64,000 bases of DNA from Auanema rhodensis (Eukaryota > Animalia > Nematoda). Under the pieces are notes generated by a model that saw nothing but the letters and a program-made list of their open reading frames with translations, was not told where the DNA came from and searched no databases. The stretch covers positions 10,726,001-10,790,000 of the forward strand of contig OZ059898.1 of the NCBI GenBank assembly GCA_964057225.1, written 5' to 3'. A program made the position numbers and the translations under genes. Below, one piece after another: positions 1-19,500 of the stretch. Numbering within the stretch: position 1 is the first letter of the stretch; each line of letters starts with the position of its first letter.

Positions 1-497
1 GGATATAAGCATAAGGCCCTTCATAAGAAGTGGGGCATCCCTAAAACATTATATTATTATATATTGAATAGAAACGAGTGAATAAACCTTAGGTAAAGGA
101 CATTCGAAAGGCAAACTATATGTGAAATTTCCAATCCAAGTGAAATGACCAGGTTCTAGTTTACCAGGTGGTCTTTCAAGAAGAGTGATGTCATTGTCGA
201 ATAATACCTACAAAACTGAAATAAAAAAACACAATTTTAAAGGAAAACCTTTTCAATGTCGTCTTTCTTCATTGGATCATTTAACCAAACAGATCTTCCC
301 TTCATCTGTAGTTTAACGGCATTGATAATGATAGGACGAGTTAATTCAATTTGAAGCTTTCCAGTTATAACTTCACCGCCTAGAACATTTTGAATTTTAA
401 TTTTTGAGCCCCAGTTAGAATAAAATTTACCTTTAAATACAGGTTCGGAACCGGCATCAAGCTGGATTTCAAACTTTGATATCACAGAATCCGTCAT
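1..497 (-). CDS. Arrestin-domain (alpha-arrestin/ARRD family) protein, 5' exons only; gene continues beyond the left edge
   Basis: ATG at 497 follows an acceptor-like AG. Exons 497-431, 379-249 and 207-~88 splice to MTDSVISKFEIQLDAGSEPVFKGGEVITGKLQIELTRPIIINAVKLQMKGRSVW...HFTWIGNFTYSLPFECPLPK, then GCPTSYEGPYAYI. This matches the arrestin N-domain pattern (G-E-x-I-x-G, F-x-C-x-L-P, P-T-S-Y-E-G). Confidence 0.85.
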
Positions 498-3400
498 CTC
501 GCTACCTAAATTGAAACAACAATATGTTAGAGAATAATCTGTCCAGCACGTCATATGATAAGAAGAATAGTGGATACAATATCTTATACAATAATGAAAA
601 TACTAAAAGTACAAGGTTCTTAATTATTTTAAAGTTTTTGAGGATACAAAAGGAAAACCGTAAATGTAACAGCAATACGTGTTTCATTGATATAAAAGGT
701 AGGTAAATAGATTAATACTATGACAGTTACATGTTCAACAGATGAATCATGTCGCTCTTTCAAAATTAACGGAATGATTAAGAAAAGGGAACAAACAAAA
801 GAAAGAACTAATACGGTGATTTCACAACTTATTTTATTGAATGTAAGTTTTAAAAAATTAATTGTTAGGCAGGGAGTCCCATACATAAACAACAAAGAAC
901 ATAGACATATAAATTCAATTTCACCAGCTAAGCAGGGCAACAACAAAACAAAAAAAAGAGAAAAAGCTAACCCTTGATCCCAGAGAAAACGGTGTATAAC
1001 AATAATTGGAATGTTTCCAAGAAACAGATGGGTAGAATATAAACTAACGTTTAAAAAAACTACAAAAAAACAATCGTGTAGAATTCTTGCAGTAACAATA
1101 AAATAAACAACAAAAGGAACAAGGTAAAGAAAAAAATGTCATGATAGGCAATCATCATGTATCAGTCAGCACAAAAAAACATATGGCTGCAATATTATTT
1201 TTCCTTGAAATATTTAAAATGTTTTTATTTTTTGTAATTATCGCAAAACTTTTAATAAAACGAAACAATTATAATCTCAAAAGTAGGATTTAAAACAATA
1301 ATTTAAATCATTTCACGCTTATTGAAAAAAAATATTAGAAGCGGTTATTTCATGAGCAAAAAATTGCAAAATGATGGCACTTTGCATAAGATGAATAAGT
1401 GAAAAGAGAATGCTTATAGTTATTTTTTAGCTAAACACTTTGTCTGGTTCATAGAATCTTCTCTGTCTATTAAAACGATTGGCCTGCTTTCCGTCTGTAT
1501 TTAGAACAGATGTTAGAAATTTCTCGTTGTCTGTATATCTCATTAAAAACCGTTATATTTTTTTCACGAACAACGGCTAGAGATTAAAGAGAAAAGAAAG
1601 TAGAAAACAGCGAAACATAAGCATGTAGTGATGGAATAATTCTTTGCCTGGTTAATACATAAAAACCGGATTTTTTACCAAAGTGTGATAAATTACTAAT
1701 AAAGAAAGCAGTTTCAAGTATTTTAAGTAACTTCAATAGTAATCCCTATTAAAATAGGCTATGGAACCGAAACAAATGGCTAAAGTGGAAGAAATCGCTA
1801 CAAATGAAAGCTAAGCGTCAAAGATGAGCTTGGCTTTTTAATAATAATTCCGGTTAAAGGGTGAATGAAATGTTAAATTTTGTCTACATTTTGAAAAATC
1901 ATTTTGTTGTGATTTAAACAATGGGCAGAGAAACATAAGTTTTTAAATAATGTAATGATTGAATATCCACAAAATGTTGAATGGTATGATGGCGCTGCTG
2001 ATGAGCCCAACGATGCTTAGACCGATTAAAGAAATTGAATTAAGGTCGTCAATTGGCAAATAGCAGACGAGAAGATAAAAATTGATTAAAGAGGAAGCTA
2101 GAGCAATGTGAACCAAGTAAAGACAATATCATAAGCAGGATAGAGAGATTGCTTGCTTAATAAATGATGAGAGGAAGAGCTAATGAGGCGTTGAATTAGG
2201 GGAGGCCATAAAAGCTCAAGAGAGTAGTGAAGAATTATCTCTTGGCATGAGTAGAATGATGCTAAAGACGTTATTTGAAAAATAAGTTAGCGAAAAGATG
2301 ATGAAAAAAATACCAAATAAGGCAAATGGAAGCGATTAACTCTTTTTTAATTGCCCGTTTTTTAAGAGAAATTGTGGGAAATTAAGAAGAAAATATACAC
2401 TTAAATTTAATGCTATATAGAAAACTGTGGATAACAAAAAGTTAATAAGAGCACTTCGGTGTAAAATTTCTAGAAAATCAGGTGATACGTGTTTGAGATA
2501 AATAAGTTAAATAAGCAAAAATTAATATTTCAGGAATTTAACGCTCTCAAAAACAAAATAATTCAAACTAGTACTGGTTCTAATGCATATTGTAAGAAGC
2601 CGCAACGTTTCCTCCCTTAAGCTGTATCCTCCAACCTCAAATGTATGTTGGGAAAACATTTTTTTAAATTATGACCAAAATACCGAAAAAATTATTTGAA
2701 ATAAACTAAGAAACTGTGAAATAAAACTGCGTTTGAGCAGTTTTTAAATACTTCTAGAATGAAAATGAGAAAAGAAATTATTTTCATTCTTTACTTTCAG
2801 ATCTAGTAGTCCAGAATTCAGAAACAATATTTTGTAATTATGCTTGTCAAATAAGAATATCCTACTGTTAGTGCTCCTAAAGAGCCTGTTAGAGCTGGAA
2901 TCCATTTATTATAGATATTGCACAAAAAATTAAAAAGATATTCGGTTCAAATATTTGAACAGTCGCGTACACGAAACTCATAAATAACATGTGGATATAA
3001 TGGAGAAAACACTAGAAACAACAAGGCAAAATGAAAAAGTTAAATATACATGAATAAGTCAGCATATCGAATCTTGAAAACATTGTATAAGTTTCACAAC
3101 TTTGTATTCATATATACAACTGGAACTCAGGAGAACCACTTTTTAGAGAATATCATTTTACAAATAGTGAGTGCGAATCACAATCGCAGATTATGGCGAT
3201 TCTACGGGGCGTTCATAGCCTGATTGTGCTTAATCTGACTGCCGATTGGGAGATAACTCGAAGAGGACATCACACAGCGAAATAGAAGAGAGAAAATCAA
3301 CTAGAAGTAATAACATCGAGATGTAATGGAGGAAGCAAGAAGAGGGAAAAGATTTTATCCAGCCGTATTTTCATAATGCAGGTGCAATAAAATCATTAAT

Positions 3401-5550
3401 ACGTGTTTAAAAAATGAGTGATGTATGAACAATTTTACTAAACAACAAATGGGAGGATTCGAAAAAACTTCGTATCAGCTAGTAACGTGGGCAATAGATA
3501 TTGTGCATTAGCAGCAAAAATTAATTTAAAAAGTTGATCTCGTTATAAGCAAGAATTAGTACCATAAATGTTTCAACTGTTTATCAAAAAAGTTACTAAA
3601 TAATGATTTTAAAGGTAAAAAAACCAGCAAAATAAGCTGATGGAAGATGCAATACACAGGTAACAAAAAATTCTGATTTAAAACAAAATAGAAAATAGCA
3701 ATTGATTTCAGTATTATATCTGATAAAAAGAAAACCACCCATCAAACAAGTATTCAACTGTTTTGAAAACACGTGAAAGATCGACATACAAACATTATAC
3801 TGCACAAGCAGGTAACGCATAACAACATAAGAAAGAATATAATCAAAATAAAAATGAGTTTGCTCATAATCATTTCAGAAACGAAGATCAAGTTGAACAT
3901 GTAAATGCAAATCAATGGGAGGAGTAAATGAACAAGGAGACATAGAGGATAGAAGATTTAGCTTTCAGCAATTTCAAGAAGATTGGTTGAGACATTAGTA
4001 GATAAATGAGCTCCAACAAACAACCTAATTTGAAAAAATAGTGTCAGAGAAAAATGGATAGCAAAGAGAGCACCGAAGAGAAAATGATATAGCGAGAGAA
4101 GAAAGACAAACGGAAAAGGGAAGGCATTATGTAAAAATTGTTTAGCAAAATGAATATTTTCTGCTGTTTTACTAGTACCCTTTGACCTCAAGATAGTTAG
4201 AAATATAAGTGAAAATTAAATGGGTTCACTTAGTATTCAAAATGTGAAAATTAATGAATTTCGAATGTGCACGACAACATATTAATATAAGACAACTATA
4301 CCTAGCAAAATATTAATTATTATAACAGCATGAAACTTATAACGAATTAATTGTCAAAGTCATAAATCAGTATGAAAACTGGAAGTAATCAAGTAGGCAT
4401 GAGTTGAAACATTATCACTAAATATTTGCAGACGAATACAAACGTGTGGTACTAAAACAAATTGGTGAATATAAAAATAAAAGGACGGAAAGTCAAAAGT
4501 TCATTTGAAGTAGACAGCATGCTTCAGTCTGGGAATAAGGACAATAAATATTATTATTCCTTAATGATATTAGGAGAAATAAGAGGAAAGGAAACAATGT
4601 ATTGAGTTAAGAACGAATAAGATGTGAAAAAGAGAAAAAACGAAAGAGGTCAAACAAACCAAGAAGACTGAAGCAATATTTGACTGGAACTGAAACCTTC
4701 AATGAAGTGGTGCTAGGAGAACTGCAACCAAGATATGATGAAATTGAAGAAATAATGGCTGGCATAGTGCGGGGGATATAAATCAATCGATAATCAACTT
4801 GACAAACACAACTCATGTTGCTGGAAAACGACAGACTGTGAAAAGAGAGATCGGAAAAAAAAGGAATGAATAGGGAAATACTGAAAGAAAAGGGGAGAGT
4901 GGGAGGAAAAGAAAAGATGAGGAACATTAGGGAGAAATGAAGTGAAAAGGAAAAGACATGAGTTTGAGAATGGGTCTTAAGAAGACAAAGATAAGGTGCG
5001 GAACGAAGTGTTATGTATTGTTTCATAAATACTACTGGAATAAACAACATTTTGGTTTCATTAAAGTTATATTGTTTTTTTACAGATACTCTCGGTAATG
5101 CCAGTGGCGCAATAATTCCATTCCCATTGTGAAAGATTTACATGAGAAAATTGATTAATTTCAATTTTCACTCGCCGACTTTTCCTGTTGATTGGGTGTT
5201 TTTTTTTTATCAAATTTGAGGAACTATTGTAGGAATCTAACATATATGTTAAGTGTATATTATTCTAGTCAGAAATAGTCTTAATTGTAACATTTGGTTA
5301 AAGGAATTGTGACATTAAGTAAATCTCAATTTGTCCGTAAAAGCGGATGTTGGCAATGAATATTCTTGGTAATGCTTGACGATAGATGTTCAATAGGCTC
5401 ATACCTAGGATGGTCTATTCAAAATGAATGAATTTAGAATTGAAACAAAATAAATATTTTATAAACAAAAATCAATTCTTAGTAATTTAGTGAGAAAAAC
5501 AAAAATAAAAATTAGCAACATTGTTTTTTTCGTAAAAAAGGTTTAACTAC

Positions 5551-5590
5551 AGGTCATCGGGTCATTTAAACGGCTCAGGTCACTAGGTCA
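5551..5590 (+). promoter_or_regulatory. Tandem DR2 nuclear-receptor elements (AGGTCA-tc-GGGTCA and AGGTCA-ct-AGGTCA)
   Basis: Four RGGTCA half-sites in 40 bp form two direct repeats with 2-nt spacers, inside a GC-richer island. A fifth half-site (TGACCT) lies near 5711. Confidence 0.55.
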
Positions 5591-6031
5591 CCGTCCGGAA
5601 CATCACTATTTCAGAGCCAAAAGCAGTCAGCTGTTTAGGAACAAAGTTGCAGCCGCCGAAAGGGGACATTTTTCTAGGAACTCATATGAAAAGGAGACCA
5701 AACATGCCGATGACCTATCGTGTAATTACCCACATTGTTTCATTTCATGAATTATGCATATAATTATAATTAAAATATTTAACTAATGGTTAAATGAATT
5801 AAAACAAAAAATTTAATTTTTCCTAGCAAGAGAAACCCGAGAAACTACGTTTCAGTTGTTATTGAAAATTATTTTTACTCTTCTTTATTCTCCAAGTGTT
5901 TTGATATTTTAATAAATAATGAAAATGTAATTCTATAATTGACATTCATAGTATTTTGTCTAAAGCGCTTCATGAACTTTCTATTTTCAATTTATTTTTT
6001 TACTACTTCTCCAAACATTCATCAAATCTTT

Positions 6032-6441
6032 TTATAGGTTTTCGAGTCTGAGAATAAGTCTATGGTTTGTTATTAAAACTATTTTATTGATTTGCTGGCT
6101 ACTAGTAAGACATTGGCAACGAAAACAAAAATATTTGATAACTTTATTATAATGAATACTGGGATGCATGTAAATATTTGGAATAAAGTTACTAATTCTT
6201 TGTACATGGTTAATAATTCGCGCAGCTATGTTGCCATTTTTCTTCTCCTGTGCATCTAGTTCCTGGTAATATTTGGTTTTATACTCTCTTATTTTGGTAT
6301 AGAGATCAATGAATTCCACAGGTCTATAGAATTCATTAGCAAATCTAGTGCTATTCAAATTACAATTGTTTTTGCTGAGAAACTTCACAAGATTGCATGG
6401 AAACTTCAGCGTTGCTAACCTCGAAGCAGTGTTTTGGAACA
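6032..6441 (-). CDS. Possible orphan exon/ORF of unknown function (about 136 codons)
   Basis: The frame opens directly after a tttctag acceptor (LFQNTASRLATLKFPCNLVKFLSKNN...) and is long for such AT-rich DNA. No recognisable domain and no convincing upstream exon. Confidence 0.2.
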
Positions 6442-8655
6442 GCTAGAAATATGAAAAAAAAATGACAATGAACACAAAGAACAACATTATTAAAAACACT
6501 TATATCCTAGTAATCTATCAGTAGTCCTTAATATTATATATAATCATATGTTATATAATGTTTTAATCTACGAAACAGTTTATATGAAATATTTTCATAT
6601 TTACTTTGGGGCATAGAATCTTATGAAACAGTAGTTACTGTAGAATTTCAGCGCCGTAAAATATCTCACTTTTCAAAAAGTAGGCACTTCAGGAAGTGAG
6701 CCTTAAAATATTTAACAATTCATGTTATCAAACAAGTTTTTACTGTTAAATTACTTTCGATATTCTCTAGTCAGATATAACAGAAGTTTTCAAATATTTC
6801 TTGCTTTAACAACGTAAATTTCATGAAACTTGTATATTTTGAAGTATTCAAAAGACACGAGCATTATTAACATTTCAACAAATTATTATTCAGGATAAAC
6901 TTATATTCGATGTATATGCATTTGAACTTTTTTCCCTTTCCCTTTTATATATAAATTTGCATTGCGATATCGAACACTAAACTTATATATATATTTAAAA
7001 TTTGAATGCAATGACAAGATAAAAGTTTATTGGTTAAAACGACGCAAAGCACAGGGGTTACCAAAGTTTTAATTCGATTTTTTTGATAATTAAGTTATTT
7101 CTATTCATGCTATATACGAAAACCAAATTTATCGTAACAACTCAAGATATTTTCCTGCATAATGTTATCAATTTGGATTTATTCTGATCGGTAGCTTGGA
7201 AGTCCAGTTGTAATTTTTGTTTAATTCCAATGTTTTCATCTATGTTCGTTCTGTTCAATAAAATATGCTTGTTTCATCTTTTTTGTTGTAGTTTTGACCT
7301 TCTTTATCTTTCCGTCCTGACATACGAATTGTAATTTCATACTAAAACCTCTTGAATTTTATGTTAATAATATACTACATAGAAATATTCTTCAAGTCAC
7401 GCAAACTTCAAATTAAAACTTATTTCCTTTTTTATTGATACAAAGAAATGAACTTATCGTTGGTTTTTTTAAACCAGAATTGAAAACATTACACAATATT
7501 GATTAAATACAAATGAGCAAATATGCTTAGGCAACTATAATTAAGATGCTTCAAGACGCAATAGCTATTGCTGAAACTTCTACTAAACACTGTCCAAATG
7601 GACATGAAGGCTGTCAAGTATTAAGTTTATATGCTGCTTTACTCCAATAGCTCGCTTACAACTAAATGGTTTCCGCCTTGGACCAGTTTGGTCGTCATCA
7701 TCGTTGTCCGAAAAATTCTCTTCCCTTTACCATGAGAAATTCATAATATTTAAGCAGAAAAGGTGTTTTTTTGGAACCTGGAGAATATTATTAAGAGCAA
7801 CAGAAATGTTTTCTATTGATTTTTTGAACGACATATGAAACGTAGAAACTTCTTATCTTCACAAATTACAGTTTTATTGGAGGAGATTAAAAATTTTCAA
7901 AATATATATTGCGTTGGGTAACGTAATCTTGTATTAAGATTTCGAAAAATACCTATTGGTGAAGTTAAAGTTGAATCAATCTTCTGGAAAAAAGATTTCC
8001 TCTCAGGCGTTCGAAGGAAAAAAACAGCAGTACTAACGTTGAAGTCAAAAATAAATTGACGAACTAGACCAAAAAAATTTCTATATTCATTATAGAATAT
8101 AGAATATGAGTTACATTCATAATGAAAAGATGGTTACATGAATTTGTGCATAAAGTTGACAAGATTCTAACCTAAAGTTGTTAATGATCAAAACTCAGTT
8201 AGTTCCATTCAGACATTTCATCAGAATTTTATTTTGAACTGCAGGAAAATGTAGTAAAACGCTGTATACTTAAATGATGGTAAAGTACTTGGGGAGAGAA
8301 AATTATTGCTTTGTTAGTTTGCGATGGGAAAACAATTTGAATTTAGTTTCTGATTTTTGTATCGCAACTCGACACAATTTCCTTGGGAGGAATACTGCCA
8401 AACTTTGTTTTATGGTATCAAAAATGAAATTGTAAATATTTCTTTTTAGTGTATAGTTAGAAACTAATTTTCTACAAATAATATTTTCGTTTCTTTTGTA
8501 TAAGGTGTCATATTCTAATCCGCAGAATCTCGAACATTTGAATGATCGACCCTTTTTTTGTCTTTTCTCTTTTAAGTATTTGTCACTTTTATTTCCTCCT
8601 CTTAAACCTCTATTTCAAAAAAAAAAACTAGTAGTAGTATTTTAGTTGATCCAAG

Positions 8656-15391
<6,736 letters not shown>

Positions 15392-15757
15392 AAATCGTTT
15401 ATATAAATACGATCAAGACAACGGGTTTATCAGCTTTTAACAATCGGATCTGAAATATTGATGTTATGAATTCATATCATTTAATATTTTTAGCATGAAG
15501 TTCATCAAAATCTTATTTTACAGTTATTCTACTTATCCCCAATATGCGTAGGCTGAAATAAAATGTTAATATATAATTATGCGTATAGACTTTTGAAATT
15601 ACCTGTTTTTCAATCAGATTTCTCCAAAATTTCTAACGTGTTAAAAGGTGATAAAAATTATAGAAATAAAACAGAACAACACACTCTAAAAAACAGGCTG
15701 AAAATACTTTAAAATTAGGTTTTTCTTATGCTGCATAAGCATGAAAAAGTAATGGTG

Positions 15758-15772
15758 TTTGAAGTTGGCGCG
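15758..15772 (-). promoter_or_regulatory. CDE/E2F-CHR (DREAM-type) bipartite element upstream of PNUTS
   Basis: Minus strand reads CGCGC-CAAC-TTCAAA, a GCGC core 4 nt before TTYRAA, about 750 bp upstream of the PNUTS ATG. Confidence 0.45.
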
Positions 15773-16528
15773 TATACAACGCCTGACGTAAACATGGTGT
15801 TGCGAAAATGTGTGGCATGGCGTTTATTTGGCTATTGATCGGCCTAAAGATATTTTTGATAAAAATACTGATATTTCGAAAGTTTATTAGTTTTTATTCT
15901 AAAAAAGTTAACAATAACAGATCTGCTTTTAATATATAATTTCTATTTTAAGTACTTAATTTTCATTAAATGAATTTTAGTTATTTTGAACTTCTATGAA
16001 GATTCAGCACTTAACGTGTGCATGATTCACAGAGATATTTTAATATTTTTATATATAGGTAAGTAAAGGATTTTTCTTGTTCATTTTTTCCTAAAATTTT
16101 ATATCAATTATGATTGTGCAAATGAATTCTTTTCATATTAGATTTATTTTCAATTCATTTTTTTTCATTACTGATCTATTGTCTTTTCAAAGACTGTTTC
16201 ACATCTGAAATTGAACATATAGTAGGAAAATAAAAATAAAAATACATAGAATGAAACATTGCAAAGATATGAAGTTAAGACATTTAATGGAGGGAAATAT
16301 GAAAATATATTTCGGTACAGATTCGTCGAAAGTGAAAAGTATCTAGGTGATAATGTGCTATACGAATCAATCAATAGTTTGCAAGCGGTTCACGTGAGAC
16401 GCGTGAATTACCTTTATTTTGTTGGAATTAAGTATAAATCTATAGCTGCTGCGAGTTTTATAATTGAGGAAAATGTCAGAGATTAACGTTTTAATATGTA
16501 TTCCACTGTTTTACTAGAACTTTACAGA

Positions 16529-19500
16529 ATGATGTATGGAGATAGTGCGTTAGAAGTGGAGTTAGATGATCTGACCGATGAGTTTGCTGCTGAATGTGCA
16601 GCTAACACAAAAACTCATCGGGAAACATATCAGCCAGATATGCAGATGGCCAGTTCTTCTTATGTCGATCCACCACCAATGGTTAGGATTGCGTTAGAAG
16701 TTTGTATTTATGTGAAAGTATTACAGGATATTTCCCTAGAGAATCAGTATCGTTACATGGATCAAATGGGTTCAGGAATGTACATACAAGATAACAATTA
16801 TTCTGGGGTAAGCTTTTTTTAATATGTTGTTACTTTGTTTCTTTTTAGTTTCAAACGGGCCATCTAGATAATAGTCTGGAGCATCAAAAATATAATTATA
16901 GTAATTCTATTGTAATGTGTCCGCAATCTCAGGTATCAAGTGTATTTATTTGTTTTTAAATTAAATTATTGCTTAAGAGTTATATTATGCCAAGTACTAT
17001 GAACAATTCGGTTAATTATAATGAGTATATGCCTGATAACTCTCAACATGTGATCCAAAAGGTGATTCTAAGATGTCAATGATCTGTTTTATAAGTTGTA
17101 TTTGTAGATTCACCTAATGCCTTATAATCAAATGGAGCCAGATCAAGTTTGTACATTAATATGTATAAAATTTATATGATATCTTTTCAGAAAATTGTCT
17201 ACAAACGGGTAGCACCATCTTCAGCACATCAACAACAAATGCTTTATGTTCAGCCTAAACAAGGATTACCGCCCAAGCAGGTTGGCTTTTAATAACTTTT
17301 GATTAGTATTAGCATAACAGTTTATAAACTTATGAACATGGTATTCTAGGTCCGCCTCATCTCTAGACCGCAGGTTGTGTCATCTGCTGTAGGTAGCACA
17401 TTGTACAAAAATTCGTATCAACGAATACATTCATCTGATACTGAGGTTTTAACCTCAACTCCTGAAGCTATTTCGAGAATGGTATTTATTCATTTTGATG
17501 TGCTTCAACGGTAGTAATTTCCTAGGTCGATCATGGGGATTATGTTCGTCCTTCTCTTCATGTTCAGCCATCCACGTCGTTGAATTCGTTTGAACAGTCA
17601 GCATATAGATTTTATAACATTCAAGATACTGTTACACCCAGCGGATCTTCTAGTTGTATAACAGTTAATGTTAACAATGCTCCTAACAATACTATATCAA
17701 CCAATAATAGTCTCAAGCCCCTCACTTTGACAGTTCCCAAGAAGAAAAAGCCAGAGAATGTGGCGTTGAGTGCCACGTACGTATTTTACTTATTTGATAA
17801 TATTATTTTGGAATATATTCGTTGTTCTTGTTGAACGAAATTAACTCAGTGATTCTTTTCAATAGATATTCATTGTGTTCTGGGAATCTTTAATTTGCAG
17901 CGAATTAGCTCAAGCAGCTGCTCTTCAACGGATTGGAACAGATGAAGGTTGGAAACAAATGAATAATTGGCTTAAACAGGCCGAAAAAGAGAAAAAAAAT
18001 GTCCATCTTAAGGATCTGCTACGTCAATGTCTACAGGTAGAATAGTTTTCTTATCCGGCTAATTAAGAGCTATATACCCTGTTGACTAAATTGGTGGGGT
18101 AGCAGGTAGATAACTCGCGCCGGATAATTTACTGTAAAAGGAGTACTGTGGCGTGCACCATGCTTAGCGTCCTGGTTTATCTTTGACACGGGCACTTTAT
18201 TTTCGATCACTGGGCTAACAACGCTGTCGTTATCACTTTCTTTTGCTTGCATAATCACTATCCAAATTTAACTCAATTCTCTTGGGAAACTACTCGGTGC
18301 ATTTCTTAGCATATCTTATATCGTTAATGTTCGTAAGCGCTTCATTTGAAGTTCTTTTATATGTTACTCTCTTTATCGTCTTGAACTTTCTCGTATCTTT
18401 CGTCGTAGCTAACCTCGCTCTTAAAATTTTTTGTGCTCTTGTTTTTTCCGCTTTTAACAATTATCTAATTCCCTTTCTAAGTTTTAATTTTAAGGCGAAG
18501 GTGTCCGTTGACCTTCTCATGTCAAACGACACTCCAAAGTTTGTAAGGAGATTATCAAAGGAGCATACAGATTCAGGTTTAGAACTTCCATATGATATTT
18601 ATTACATGAGTTTTATTCAAGATATTAAAAAGTTATCTAGTAGTTGTGTAACTAAATGGAAACAAGAAGTTGCTAATCCAGAAGTTCCGAAGAAAGAGAA
18701 AAAAAAGAAAGTTGCTCCTGTTGTTAGTGATTATGATGAGGACGACGATAAGTAATAATTGCAAACTCTCACGATATCAAATCTTATTCTTCTTCAGAGC
18801 GGACGATAAGATGGATAGTCCTATGAAAATTCATGAGAGGAAAGCTGAGAAGAGAAGATCTTCTTCTGAAACAGAAGAGTGAGAATTATTAATCAGTATT
18901 CACTCTATTTTTTTTATTTTAGTGGTAAAAAACAGAAGGAGAAGAAGAATAAAGTAAAAGCTAAAGTTTACACTGCGAAATCACGTTTAACAGGTTTGTT
19001 GTGTCCATGTCCGAATAGTTTTCTATTTGTTTGTAAATTTCAGGTACTGAAATCATTCCACCAGCGGCTTTCTCTGTTGCCGCTAATAGTTTCTCGTTAT
19101 ATGTATTGGGGTTTTGTAATTTAATTAAGTGTATACTTCAATATAGTATATTTTATCATAAATACATCACAATCAAGGTGATTGTAAGATGTGAAATGAA
19201 TATGAAAAATGTCATAAAATGAAACAAAAATATGTAGGCTTAAAAGCCATATAGATCAAACATCTAGAGAAAATGGAAAAGTTCTATATTTATCGGAAAA
19301 TAGATCAAATTATGTATTTTCGAAGAGGGGAAGGTAAAATTGAAACTATTATTAGACAGAGAAATCGCTGGTATACTATTATTATTATTTGACTTTATTT
19401 GTGAAAAGAAAATAAGGTTCGCCTATTTAGGGTTAGAAGAACCTGAAGAGGCTAAACCACCAGAGCCAAAAAGAAAACGAGAAAGTTTGGAAACTACGAA

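Noticed and set aside
18130-18300. RNase P/MRP, SRP, U3 or C/D snoRNA identity for the PNUTS intronic element
   Set aside because: Required conserved boxes (CR-I/CR-V pairing, SRP helix-8 GNRA motif, RTGATGA/CTGA) are not present.
18037-18494. Intron-hosted telomerase RNA (also considered for the TBCK and eIF4A introns)
   Set aside because: No template of about 1.5 repeats complementary to TTAGGC (e.g. CTAAGCCTAA) in any candidate intron; only 6-7-nt partial matches. Could be revisited if this species has a non-canonical telomere repeat.
18282-18494. Hydrophobic 157-aa ORF suggesting a membrane-anchored PNUTS N-terminus
   Set aside because: The hydrophobic part is the T-rich intron read in frame from a non-ATG start; the real frame enters at 18495.
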